Virus record (IMG/VR): IMGVR_UViG_3300049141_000098
Span: 1 to 64,000 of that record
From: a virus
Taxonomy: Duplodnaviria; Caudoviricetes
Length of the DNA: 64,000 nucleotides
Strand: one strand, 5' to 3'
The notes under the pieces are model-generated. The model made no database searches, was not told the origin of the DNA, and saw only the letters and a list, made by a program, of their open reading frames with translations. Made by a program: the position numbers and the translations under genes. Positions 1-8,836 of this stretch are shown here, piece by piece; the stretch's first letter is position 1, and the number at the start of each line of letters is the position of its first letter.

Positions 1-2
1 AC

Positions 3-284
3 GCTGCACGGCTTTCCCTCCAGCGCAGTAGCGAATATCCCGAGCGGCCAAGGATTCCGGGGGTGGTTGTGACGCCAGGGTCCCTGTTGCGCCGCTGGAG
101 TTCGCAACTGTTGGCACAGTGGCGCGGTGGCGGGTCTCTGCCCCGCCACCGGTCTCAGGGCGCGGACGAGCGCCTGGTCACCCTCTCTCCGGGGCGCGTT
201 GAGGCTCCTGGATCCGAAGGAAGGTTTCCTCCGGATCTTCTGGAACTAGTCAATCAAGCCAGTGTGACGAAAAGGAAACACTGA
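3..284 (+). CDS. 3' end of a hypothetical protein (open from the window edge)
   Basis: Frame is open from position 3 to TGA at 282-284; no recognisable motif. Confidence 0.3.
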   Translation, partial: AARLSLQRSSEYPERPRIPGVVVTPGSLLRRWSSQLLAQWRGGGSLPRHRSQGADERLVTLSPGRVEAPGSEGRFPPDLLELVNQASVTKRKH

Positions 285-398
285 AGGTCGCAGTGACGTT
301 TACGCAAGCCACCAAGGGGTGAAAAATCTTCCAGATTGCCTGCTTTCTCGGCTCCAGAAGAGTAGGTTCCGACGAATCTGAACCTGGAGGAAGCAGGC

Positions 399-584
399 AT
401 GGGAGACAAGGACTACCCCAATCCGGTCCTGGTGACCGAGTCCAACGGGGTGGTGAACATCTCCTATGACCACGTCACGGTCGACATCCCGGCCACGGGC
501 CCGGTTCCCGCTGACACTCCGGCTCTGGCTTGCCGCGTATTCGAGGCGGTGAAGGATCTCCGGAGCGATTCCCGTGCAGAATAG
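399..584 (+). CDS. Small hypothetical protein
   Basis: GGAGG RBS upstream of the ATG; 61 aa; sits directly ahead of the head-tail genes. Confidence 0.6.
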   Translation: MGDKDYPNPVLVTESNGVVNISYDHVTVDIPATGPVPADTPALACRVFEAVKDLRSDSRAE

Positions 585-589
585 GCTGC

Positions 590-1159
590 ATGGCCCCTCT
601 CAACAGGCGAACCGCTCTTGACCCGCGCTGGGCCTGGCATCAGCGCTCGGTCCCGATCGGCCACATGAATGCAGCGGTCGAAATCTTCCGCAGGCCCGGA
701 CAGGGCAGCGACTATGGATTCGACCCGGCGACCGGCGGCCTGACGATTCCTGACGGCCAAGGTGGGGAAACGTTCCCTCAGTTGACTCTGCTGTACCGGG
801 GATGCGCTCGCGTTGTAAACAACAAGGACTGGCGCGCGAGGGTCAGAACTCAGCGCGGCGACATGGGCACCGATCATGCCATTCGCGTGCAGGCACCCAT
901 TCGGCTGTGCCCCCCGGTTCACGCCAATGACCTGATCAGGGCGTTCGTGCCGGAGAAGAGTGATCCGGAACTCGGCCACCTCAGGCTGGGTGACCCAGAG
1001 CTGACGCATTATCTCTTCCATGTGCGTAACCCCCTGATGTCTTCGGACGCCTGGTTGCGCAACCTCCTGTGCGACGTGGATGCGGCGCACCCTCAGACTC
1101 TGCCGCCGCCGTACACGATGGAGCCGATCACCTTTCGCAACAATGTGACGGGTCCCTAA
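590..1159 (+). CDS. Putative head-to-tail stopper (actinophage DUF6093-like)
   Basis: Position before neck and terminator genes; beta-rich 'LLYRGCARV...IRVQAP' pattern; ATG at 590 follows the previous stop. Confidence 0.55.
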   Translation: MAPLNRRTALDPRWAWHQRSVPIGHMNAAVEIFRRPGQGSDYGFDPATGGLTIPDGQGGETFPQLTLLYRGCARVVNNKDWRARVRTQRGDMGTDHAIRVQAPIRLCPPVHANDLIRAFVPEKSDPELGHLRLGDPELTHYLFHVRNPLMSSDAWLRNLLCDVDAAHPQTLPPPYTMEPITFRNNVTGP

Positions 1160-1176
1160 GGAAGGGGTGGGGGGAA

Positions 1177-2079
1177 GTGGGCCTGAAGATTGCCCTCATA
1201 AGCCGAGACAATGGCGTCGGCCTGTCGCTGGATGTTGAGCTTCTGACCGAACTGTTCGGTTCTGCGGGCCATGAAGTGACATTTCACGATTGGCGAGATT
1301 CGTCAATGCCGCATGCGGACATCGCCTTTCATTTGGAACTCGTGAGTAGAACCCTCGCGCAACAGGCCGACCGGAACATCGGCATGCTCAACCTGGAGTG
1401 GTACCCCACGGAGTGGCTGAAGTTCCTTCCTGCTTTCGACCAGATCTGGGCCAAGAGTGAGTACGCTCACAAGTTTTGCCGACAGCGGGGTGCCCGGAAT
1501 GTTCACCTCACCGGCTTTTTGGGGCGCGACCGCTTCGATCCGACGATCAAGCGAGAAGCAAAATGTCTTCACCTGCGTGGCAAATCGCAGATGAAAGGTA
1601 CTGAGGAGGTCGTGGCAGCCTGGCGACTCAAGCCTGACTTGCCTCCACTAACGATCGTCTCGAAGGATCCAGTGCATGCACCGGACTACGTGACGGTCGT
1701 GAACTCCCCTACGGATGCCGAGCTGAGCCGACTGCTGAACTCGCACCAGATCCACTTGTGTCCCTCCATCGCTGAAGGTTGGGGACACTACATCACCGAG
1801 GGCATGTCGGTCGGTGCGACGGTCATCACTACCGACGCCTCGCCGATGAACGAGCACATCCGTCCGGAGTGGGGCTACTTGCTGGGAATCGCGAAGACTG
1901 GGACGCATCACCAGGCCGTACAAACCCATACGAGCCCTAGCATGATCATCGAGGCAGTGGAGCGTGCAGTGGCACTTGGCCCGAGGCGTCGTCAGGGCGT
2001 AGGCCAGAAGGCCCGAGCGCACTTCCTGCGGCGCAACAGCGCCTTCCGCAGTACGGCCCTGAGATTGGTGGAGCAGTGA
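1177..2079 (+). CDS. GT-B fold glycosyltransferase (GT4-like)
   Basis: C-terminal GT4 signature 'HLCPSIAEGWGHYITEGMSVGATVITTDASPMNE'; GTG start at 1177. Confidence 0.85.
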   Translation: MGLKIALISRDNGVGLSLDVELLTELFGSAGHEVTFHDWRDSSMPHADIAFHLELVSRTLAQQADRNIGMLNLEWYPTEWLKFLPAFDQIWAKSEYAHKFCRQRGARNVHLTGFLGRDRFDPTIKREAKCLHLRGKSQMKGTEEVVAAWRLKPDLPPLTIVSKDPVHAPDYVTVVNSPTDAELSRLLNSHQIHLCPSIAEGWGHYITEGMSVGATVITTDASPMNEHIRPEWGYLLGIAKTGTHHQAVQTHTSPSMIIEAVERAVALGPRRRQGVGQKARAHFLRRNSAFRSTALRLVEQ

Positions 2080-2924
2080 AGCACACGGTTCTGATTCCAG
2101 CGTGGCGCAGGCCCGACATGCTGCACGCCTGTCTGTCCCGGCTGGAGCTGGCGGCAACGGAGGACGTTTCGCTCGTCGTCAGTCTCGATCGAGGCAGCGA
2201 TCCAGGGTGCAGGACCGTTGCAGAAACCTTTTCCCGGCGCTTTCCGTCGATCTACCTGCGAGAGATGTACGAACACCCATTCCGAGGAAATTCTTGCAAC
2301 GTCATATCGGGCATTAAGGATTGCCTGAAGATGGGAGGTGACCTCCTCCATGTCGTTGAGGAGGACGTCCTCGTGGCGCGGGGCTACTTCGAGTTCCACG
2401 AGGCCATGCACAAAGTGGCGCCGACCGCCTTCGCCGTGAGCGCCTGCCGGAACCAGAACCAGATCCGGCCGGTGGACCAGGCCGCCTACCTGCACCCCTC
2501 GTATCAGTCCCTTGGCGTCTCCATGAGGGCGGAGGTCGCGGAGCGGGTCATCGTCCATGACACACCGCTGTACTACGGAAACATGGTGGGTTACTGCTCG
2601 AAGGTTTTCACCAGCAGCATCATTCCGTCAGGACACGCGGAGCAGGATGGCCTGATCAATCGCATCCGGGAACTGGCCTCTGGGCGCACCGTGTACACGA
2701 ACCGCCCTCGGGCTTTCCATGCTGGATTTCACGGCTACAACCGGCCCGGTACGCGGCTGACTGGCGGGACTGTAGCCGAGCGAGCTGCCCACATTCTGGC
2801 GATGACGTCACAAGAAATGAATGCGCTTGCCGGGGACCTGAAGGATCATGAGGTAATCGACCTGGAGGAATGCCTGTCTGTCGAGCCGGAGCGGGATGCT
2901 CTGAGCGCAGCACTTCGGGTATAG
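2076..2924 (+). CDS. GT-A fold glycosyltransferase
   Basis: N-terminal 'VLIPAWRRPD' strand and 'HVVEEDV' (DxD-like) motif; GTGA overlap with the upstream GT; paralog at 39530-40429. Confidence 0.75.
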   Translation: MKHTVLIPAWRRPDMLHACLSRLELAATEDVSLVVSLDRGSDPGCRTVAETFSRRFPSIYLREMYEHPFRGNSCNVISGIKDCLKMGGDLLHVVEEDVLVARGYFEFHEAMHKVAPTAFAVSACRNQNQIRPVDQAAYLHPSYQSLGVSMRAEVAERVIVHDTPLYYGNMVGYCSKVFTSSIIPSGHAEQDGLINRIRELASGRTVYTNRPRAFHAGFHGYNRPGTRLTGGTVAERAAHILAMTSQEMNALAGDLKDHEVIDLEECLSVEPERDALSAALRV

Positions 2925-2939
2925 CTGAAAGGGTACGCA

Positions 2940-3353
2940 ATGGCCCACATCGGGATAAAGTACAACTATAGGTTCGGCGGCGCCCAGAGGTACTACGGCG
3001 GCGGAACGCCTTCTGGCGCATTCGACATCGGACTGTCGGCATTCGTCGTCGACCACCTCAACAAGTCACGTCAGCGCCTTGTGCTCGACATGTCCAACTC
3101 CCGGCGCCGAGGTGAGGCGCTGGTACGGGCGAAGTCCCGCGTCGACACTGGCCGCATGCAGTCTTCGGTCCGGGGGACGGGTGACTTCGGTACCGACATC
3201 CTGAAGATCTCCTTCGGCTGGGAGCACAACGACCCCTTCTATGCCCCCTTCCAGGAGTTCGGTACCCGGACCGGTATCACGCCGATGATGGCCGTCCTCG
3301 ACGCCTTCAACTCTGTCACCGCCGAACTCTCGGCACGCCTCGGAGGCCGGTGA
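2940..3353 (+). CDS. HK97 gp10-like neck/tail-completion protein
   Basis: 'SRVDTGRMQSS' and 'YAPFQEFGT' motifs typical of the HK97-gp10 family. Confidence 0.8.
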   Translation: MAHIGIKYNYRFGGAQRYYGGGTPSGAFDIGLSAFVVDHLNKSRQRLVLDMSNSRRRGEALVRAKSRVDTGRMQSSVRGTGDFGTDILKISFGWEHNDPFYAPFQEFGTRTGITPMMAVLDAFNSVTAELSARLGGR

Positions 3354-3835
3354 TGGTCTCCGTCCTGGACTGGCAGCTCGACATCTACCGGCGCATCGAC
3401 ACCGGGTTGCCGAATACTCCTGTGCACCTGGAGGGCCTCGGGGAGAGCACCGACATCACGCCAGATCCGTCCGGGTTCTATAAGCCGTCGGTCATCCTGT
3501 GGTTCGGTCAGGCTTTCGACCTCTCCGGGTTCGGCGGCCGTCTCACCGTCACCGACCTCTGCGGTTTGGGCGGCAGCGGGGAGACGACGAAGCAAGCCGC
3601 GTTCATCACGCAGCTCGTCGCCCCCTCCGGCCTCTCTTTGCTTCAGCTCGGCCAGGCGGTACGAGATTTGGTCGAGGGGTACGCCCCGTTGGGCCAGGGG
3701 GAGCTGAGCGAAGCGGGGTCAGGAACAGTCCGGGATCCATACCCTGTAGGTATCGGCGACACTCTGCGGTTCTACCTGGCGATCGGCTACAAGGGCACCC
3801 TGAACACGAGCCCGTACAGCGAAGTGGGTTCCTGA
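3350..3835 (+). CDS. Tail terminator protein
   Basis: Follows the gp10-like gene with GTGA coupling; size and position fit a terminator. Confidence 0.6.
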   Translation: MMVSVLDWQLDIYRRIDTGLPNTPVHLEGLGESTDITPDPSGFYKPSVILWFGQAFDLSGFGGRLTVTDLCGLGGSGETTKQAAFITQLVAPSGLSLLQLGQAVRDLVEGYAPLGQGELSEAGSGTVRDPYPVGIGDTLRFYLAIGYKGTLNTSPYSEVGS

Positions 3836-3944
3836 TCGGTCGTCCGGGATGATGGGTTCAAGCCAGAGAGAGTGCCAGTGCGCCAGGTTTCCATGGGAGT
3901 GCAACTTCGGCCCCGGTGCGCGCCCTTGTGCCGCAAGTGGCAAG

Positions 3945-3950
3945 TAGAAT
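3945..3950 (+). promoter_or_regulatory. -10 box TAGAAT of a probable leaderless transcript for the MurG-like gene
   Basis: TAGAAT lies 7 nt before the GTG at 3958; no RBS visible. Confidence 0.55.
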
Positions 3951-3957
3951 ACCGAGA

Positions 3958-5133
3958 GTGATCACTACAGCCCCCCTCCCCCGCTCGCTTCGCCTGGCCG
4001 TCACTGGCGGAGGCACGGGCGGCCACACTTATCCGGCCCTGACCGTGATCCGTGTCCTGCGCGATCGACTCGCGGAGACGGGGGGGGCGCTAGATGTCCT
4101 GTGGGTAGGGTCGGAGGACGGGCTTGAGGCGAAGGTCGCCGCCTCGGAAGGAATCGCCTTCGCCCCGGTGGCCACAGGCAAAATCCGTCGGTCCAGCAAC
4201 CCCTTGAAACTGGCCAGCCCGGCGAACGTGCGCGACATGGCCCGGGTGCCTCTGGGGGTCGCGCAGGCGCGGAAAGCCATCTCGGATTTTCAGCCGGATG
4301 TCGTTCTCGCGACGGGCGGTTATGTGGCCGTACCTGCTGGCCTCGCAGCACGCATGTGTCGTCGCCCCTTGGTGTTGCATGAACAGACGGTGCGTCTGGG
4401 TCTGGCCAATCGCAAGCTCGCGAGTTCGGCAACCCTGATCGCTCTCTCCTCGGAGTCCTCCCTGGGCCTGCTCCCCCAGGCAATGCGCAGCCTTGGGGTA
4501 GTGACCGGCAATCCGATCCGGTCCGAGATCTTGTCCGGCCAGGCCGACAGGGCGGTTGCGTCTTTGGGTTTGCACGGCTTCGACCGGAGTCTCCCCACGG
4601 TGTACGTCACGGGAGGGGCGCAGGGGTCACGGCAGATCAATGCGGTGGTCAGCGATTCGTTGCCGTGGATTCTCCAGCGGGCTAACGTCATCCACCAGTG
4701 CGGCCCAGGCAACGTCGAGGCCATGCGTACTGGCGCCGGGCGCCTGTCTGGCGATCTGGTTGGCAGGTATCACCTGACGGACTTCATCGGCCCTGAACTG
4801 CCGGATGTTCTGGCGCTCTGCGACGTGATGATCTCGCGGAGCGGAGCGGGAACGCTGGCTGAGGTGACCGCTCTGGGTAAGGCCGCCCTGTTCATTCCTC
4901 TCGCCACGGCAGCGGGGAGCGAGCAGGCCCACAATGCCCGCCACCTGGTGGACGCAGGTGCAGCTGCGGCCTTGTTGGACGAGGTCACACCTGCGAGCCT
5001 GCGCAAGGCCCTGGAGCCGCTCCTGACGGACCCTGAAGCCCGGCAAGGTCTTGCGGCGCGGGCGCGCACGCATGGGCGCCCTGACGCGGCAGACAGGCTC
5101 GCTGACGTAGTCCTGTCTGCCGTGGCCAGTTGA
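3958..5133 (+). CDS. MurG-like GT28 glycosyltransferase (paralog outside a dcw cluster)
   Basis: 'GGGTGGHTYP', 'ATGGYVAVP', 'HEQT', 'TGNPIR', 'GGAQGS', 'SRSGAGT' and 'EQAHNA' G-loops and motifs of the MurG family. Confidence 0.9.
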   Translation: MITTAPLPRSLRLAVTGGGTGGHTYPALTVIRVLRDRLAETGGALDVLWVGSEDGLEAKVAASEGIAFAPVATGKIRRSSNPLKLASPANVRDMARVPLGVAQARKAISDFQPDVVLATGGYVAVPAGLAARMCRRPLVLHEQTVRLGLANRKLASSATLIALSSESSLGLLPQAMRSLGVVTGNPIRSEILSGQADRAVASLGLHGFDRSLPTVYVTGGAQGSRQINAVVSDSLPWILQRANVIHQCGPGNVEAMRTGAGRLSGDLVGRYHLTDFIGPELPDVLALCDVMISRSGAGTLAEVTALGKAALFIPLATAAGSEQAHNARHLVDAGAAAALLDEVTPASLRKALEPLLTDPEARQGLAARARTHGRPDAADRLADVVLSAVAS

Positions 5134-5139
5134 GGCAGT

Positions 5140-6288
5140 TCAGGGGCTTGTGCCCAAGGCAGCCCGTGTCGACTTGAGGGCACGTTCGAGAGACGTCACC
5201 ACGTGGTCGATGTCCGTCTTGGTTAGATGCTGATGGAACGGTAGAGTCAGGATTTCCGTGGCAACCTGCTCAGTGGCGGGCATACTTCGCCTCCAGGGTG
5301 CGAACGCTGCCTGAAGATGGTTGGGCGGGTAGTGAACACCTACGCCAACACCCTGAGACCGCAAATGCGCGAATACCGCATCCCGCCGACTCACCCGGAC
5401 CTGACAGAGATGCGGCACGGAGCGGTCTGCATCGACATCTATGAGCGTCACGCCGTCCAGCGGCTCAAGGGCAGACCGGTAAGCGCGCCACAGGTCGCGG
5501 CGTGCGCGCTCTGTGGTCTCGAAGTGGTCGAGCTGCGCAAGTCCGATGGCGGCGTTGATGCCGGAGAGCTGGTAGCGCAGCCCGAAGGTCTCCACGTGAT
5601 AGGTGGTGATATTCGCCCGTTCGGCCTGAGACTGGACAACTCCGAGAAGACGGAGTCGTCGCAGGGTGTCGGCCTCTTCACTGGACCGAGGGATCACCAT
5701 GCCGCCCTGACCGCATGTCAGGGTCTTGATCGGGCCAAAGGAGAAGCAGGTCAGGTCACCCGTCGCCCCAACTTTGCGGGCGCCGTTACGGGAGCCGAAG
5801 GCGTGCGCGGCATCCTCGATAACGGCGATGTTCCGGTCGGACAGCTCTCTGCGTACGCCGGAGAAGTCGATGGCCCGGCCGCCGAAGAGAACGGGCATCA
5901 CCGCGCGGGTGTGTTCGGTGACGGCCCCCATGATGAGCCGGTCTGTCACACACAGCGTGGCTGGGTCGACGTCCACGAAGACCGGGGTGGCGCCGACGGC
6001 CAGAATCGCCTGGATGGTCGCACAGAACGTCATGCTCGGAACGATCACCTCGTCACCAGATCCAATACCTGTAGCGACAAGGGCCAGATGGAGGGCGGCC
6101 GTGCCGGACGCGACGGCCACGGCGTCAGGGACGCCGAGGAATTCGGCGACACGGCGTTCGAATTCCTCGGTGACTTCGCTGTGCCCGTACTGTCCGGAAT
6201 CCAGCACCCGGGCTACGGCCGCCGCCTCCTCTCCGTAGAGGAACGGGCTGGCGTTGCGCCGGGCGTCCGGCCTCGATGACTCGGTCAC
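5140..6288 (-). CDS. DegT/DnrJ/EryC1/StrS PLP-dependent sugar aminotransferase
   Basis: 'ASGTAALHLAL', 'IEDAAHAFG' and 'CFSFGPIKTLTCGQGG' (PLP lysine). Confidence 0.92.
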   Translation of the reverse strand: MTESSRPDARRNASPFLYGEEAAAVARVLDSGQYGHSEVTEEFERRVAEFLGVPDAVAVASGTAALHLALVATGIGSGDEVIVPSMTFCATIQAILAVGATPVFVDVDPATLCVTDRLIMGAVTEHTRAVMPVLFGGRAIDFSGVRRELSDRNIAVIEDAAHAFGSRNGARKVGATGDLTCFSFGPIKTLTCGQGGMVIPRSSEEADTLRRLRLLGVVQSQAERANITTYHVETFGLRYQLSGINAAIGLAQLDHFETTERARRDLWRAYRSALEPLDGVTLIDVDADRSVPHLCQVRVSRRDAVFAHLRSQGVGVGVHYPPNHLQAAFAPWRRSMPATEQVATEILTLPFHQHLTKTDIDHVVTSLERALKSTRAALGTSP

Positions 6289-7526
6289 GACTCCCCCTCG
6301 CTGACGTCGTTGATGGGACGGACGATTGGCTGGATCAATGCACTTGCCGCCTCTATGGCCGACGACACGTCCGTCACCGTCGATCCACTGGCGAGGAGCA
6401 TGCCGATCTTGTGGCCGGATTGGTCATGTGGGCGTACGCGGTCACCTGGCTCGGCGTACAGCTCGACCTCGGTGATCCCGGGAATGCTGCGGGCCTCGGC
6501 GACGCCCTTCCATGCGACCAACTCGCCGTCCACGGCGAGCGGTGACCCGATCAGCTCGACCGCCGCATGCGCTTTGCGCGTTGGCACCAGGTAGTCCTCG
6601 AACGGCTCGCCCAGTGCGAGTGCAACCAGGGCGCCCACAACGTTCACGCCGTAGGCGGCTGCATGCAGTCGCGGAATGCTGTCACCGCTGAGGCGCGGAT
6701 TGGCCTCGATGATGCGCCCTTGACCATCCGGCCCAAGGACGAGGTCGAAGTTCGCAGGTCCGTTGGTGATGCCGAGCGTGCGGCACAGCCGCTCGGCGGT
6801 CGCCTCAAGGTGGCCGTGCTCCACCGGAGACAGTTGCGCTGTGCCGATCCGCTTGACGACAAACCCCCCGGCGACGAGTTCCTGATCTTTGATGCAGGTC
6901 ATCACCGACGCGCCGTTCAGTAGGAAAAGATCGATGGTCAACTGGCGGCCCCGTACGAACTCCTCGGCCATCACGGTCCGGGAGGGCGAGTAGGTGCGGG
7001 CGTGGGTGACGGCGGCGGGCAGGCCACCCACGCTGGTGACGCACGTGACGCCCTTGCTTCCCGACCCGTCTACGGGTTTGACCATGAGTGGGAAGCGCAG
7101 CCGAGCCGCTTTCGCGACGACCTTCTCCGGATCGCCTGATGCGACCCATCCGTAGCTGGCGACGCCGCACGATGCGGCAATCTCATGGAAGGCGGCCTTG
7201 TCGAGGGCGGCAACGAGCGCCTTCTCGGGGTACACGTAGGGAGTGCCGTACCGCAGACTCAGGGTGCGCCAACTGGCCAGTGCGGCATCACTCGCGCCGA
7301 CCACGATTCCGGCGGGGCGCACGTCGCCCAGCGCGTCGGCAATGGCATCGGCGTCCCGGGTGGAGATCTGGAGAACCGCGTCGGCGAACGGGAACGCGGG
7401 GGCATCCGCCCGCATGTCCACCGCGATGGCCGGGATGCCGCGACGATGCGCCTCCTGGTACAGCGGAATGTGCTCTTCCGATGCGCCGAGCACGAGCAGT
7501 CCGTTGTTCGGCAACTGGTCAGACAT
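6285..7526 (-). CDS. ATP-grasp fold ligase
   Basis: 'VKPVDGSGSKGV', 'EEFVRG' and 'IEANPRLSG'; start overlaps the rfbB stop and end overlaps the DegT start (ATGA). Confidence 0.85.
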   Translation of the reverse strand: MSDQLPNNGLLVLGASEEHIPLYQEAHRRGIPAIAVDMRADAPAFPFADAVLQISTRDADAIADALGDVRPAGIVVGASDAALASWRTLSLRYGTPYVYPEKALVAALDKAAFHEIAASCGVASYGWVASGDPEKVVAKAARLRFPLMVKPVDGSGSKGVTCVTSVGGLPAAVTHARTYSPSRTVMAEEFVRGRQLTIDLFLLNGASVMTCIKDQELVAGGFVVKRIGTAQLSPVEHGHLEATAERLCRTLGITNGPANFDLVLGPDGQGRIIEANPRLSGDSIPRLHAAAYGVNVVGALVALALGEPFEDYLVPTRKAHAAVELIGSPLAVDGELVAWKGVAEARSIPGITEVELYAEPGDRVRPHDQSGHKIGMLLASGSTVTDVSSAIEAASALIQPIVRPINDVSEGES

Positions 7527-8541
7527 GCTGCGGCTCCCGAGGAGTATTGGTGGTGACGCGTGGACGGGGGGTGGCAGCGCCGTGCTGCGGCAGCGCCCAC
7601 CGGCCGGGACTGCGGCGGTACCACTCGACGGTCTCAGCCAGGGCTTCACGGAAGTCGCGCTGGGGCTTGTAGCCGAGCTGGCCGGATATCTTGTCCCAGG
7701 TCATCGCGTACCTGTAATCGTTGGCCTGCCGGTCCGGAACGTACGTGACCAGATCCCAATCAGCGCTGCACAGGTGCAGCAGCTCTCCGGTCAGCTCCTT
7801 GCTCGTCAGGTCGGTGCCGCCACCGATGTTGTAGACCTCGCCGGGCGTGCCTTCGCGCAGGACCAGTTCAATACCGGCGCAGTTGTCGCTGACGTGGAGC
7901 CAATTGCGCACGTGCTGCCCCCGGTCGTGCAGGGTCACCAGTTCGCCGCGAAGGAGGCGGGTCGTGAACAGCGGAATGATCTTCTCTGGATACTGGTGGG
8001 ATCCATAGTTGTTGGAGGACCGGGTAACGCAGACCGGCACGCCGTGGGTGTGCCAGTAGCTGAGAGCCACCAGGTCGCTAGCCGCCTTCGACGCCGCATA
8101 CGGGACGCCTGGACGCAGAGGGAATTCCTCTGTCGCGGCACCGACAGAGAGGGATCCGTAGACCTCATCGGTGGAGACGTGCACAAAACGCTGGACGCCG
8201 TGACGCGTGGCGGCATCCAGGAGGGTCTGGGTGCCGAGGACGTTGGTGTGGACGAAGTCGGCGGCTCCGCTGATCGAGCGGTCGACGTGGGACTCGGCAG
8301 CGAAGTGCACGATCGCGTCGTGTCGGCTGGCAAGGTCGTCCACCAGGGCCTTGTCGTTGATGCTGCCCTCGACGAACGTCAGCTTCGGATCGAGGAGTAC
8401 GTCACCGAGGTTCGCCAGGCTCCCTGCATAGGTGAGGGCGTCGAGCACGGTAATCGTGGCGATGTCGCCGGACTTCACTATGCGCTTGACGAAGTGCGAT
8501 CCGATGAAACCAGCCCCACCCGTCACCAGTACGTTGTCCAT
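7519..8541 (-). CDS. rfbB: dTDP-glucose 4,6-dehydratase (RmlB/RfbB)
   Basis: 'VTGGAGFIGS', 'HFAAESHVDRSI', 'STDEVYG', 'YAASK' and 'NNYGSHQYPEKIIP'. Confidence 0.93.
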   Translation of the reverse strand: MDNVLVTGGAGFIGSHFVKRIVKSGDIATITVLDALTYAGSLANLGDVLLDPKLTFVEGSINDKALVDDLASRHDAIVHFAAESHVDRSISGAADFVHTNVLGTQTLLDAATRHGVQRFVHVSTDEVYGSLSVGAATEEFPLRPGVPYAASKAASDLVALSYWHTHGVPVCVTRSSNNYGSHQYPEKIIPLFTTRLLRGELVTLHDRGQHVRNWLHVSDNCAGIELVLREGTPGEVYNIGGGTDLTSKELTGELLHLCSADWDLVTYVPDRQANDYRYAMTWDKISGQLGYKPQRDFREALAETVEWYRRSPGRWALPQHGAATPRPRVTTNTPREPQHV

Positions 8542-8836
8542 AATGTCTCCGATGTGAATGCGAACAGTTCGAAAGTTCGCAAAGAAGGCCGCTCGACATA
8601 TCTGCGGGCAGTGCGCCCTGCGCTGCGACTGTGGATCCCTTTACCGGGGCCCTGTCGAAGGCGGCAGACAGCATCCTGACCGCCCGTCAGTCCGTCTGAG
8701 AAGGGCACCTCCACTGCCTCGCGCTGCCTCGATTTGCCTCCCTTTGCCTCTCGATGCGTCCTTCTTGACCCGTCAGTACCACCGTGTTGGACACTGGCGG
8801 TATCGGATCGGAGTAGAAAAGGGCGGGAGGCGCGGT

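Noticed and set aside
211-237. Imperfect hairpin GATCCGAAGGAA / TTCCTCCGGATC
   Set aside because: Inside a probable CDS, one mismatch and no U tract; function unsupported.
3958-5133. Housekeeping murG, implying host chromosome
   Set aside because: No ftsW, murC, murD or ftsZ neighbours; it lies inside a phage tail module.
5317-8679. Long + strand ORFs 5317-6279 and 7243-8679
   Set aside because: Antisense shadows of DegT, ATP-grasp and rfbB; high GC makes stop codons rare and they show no motifs.
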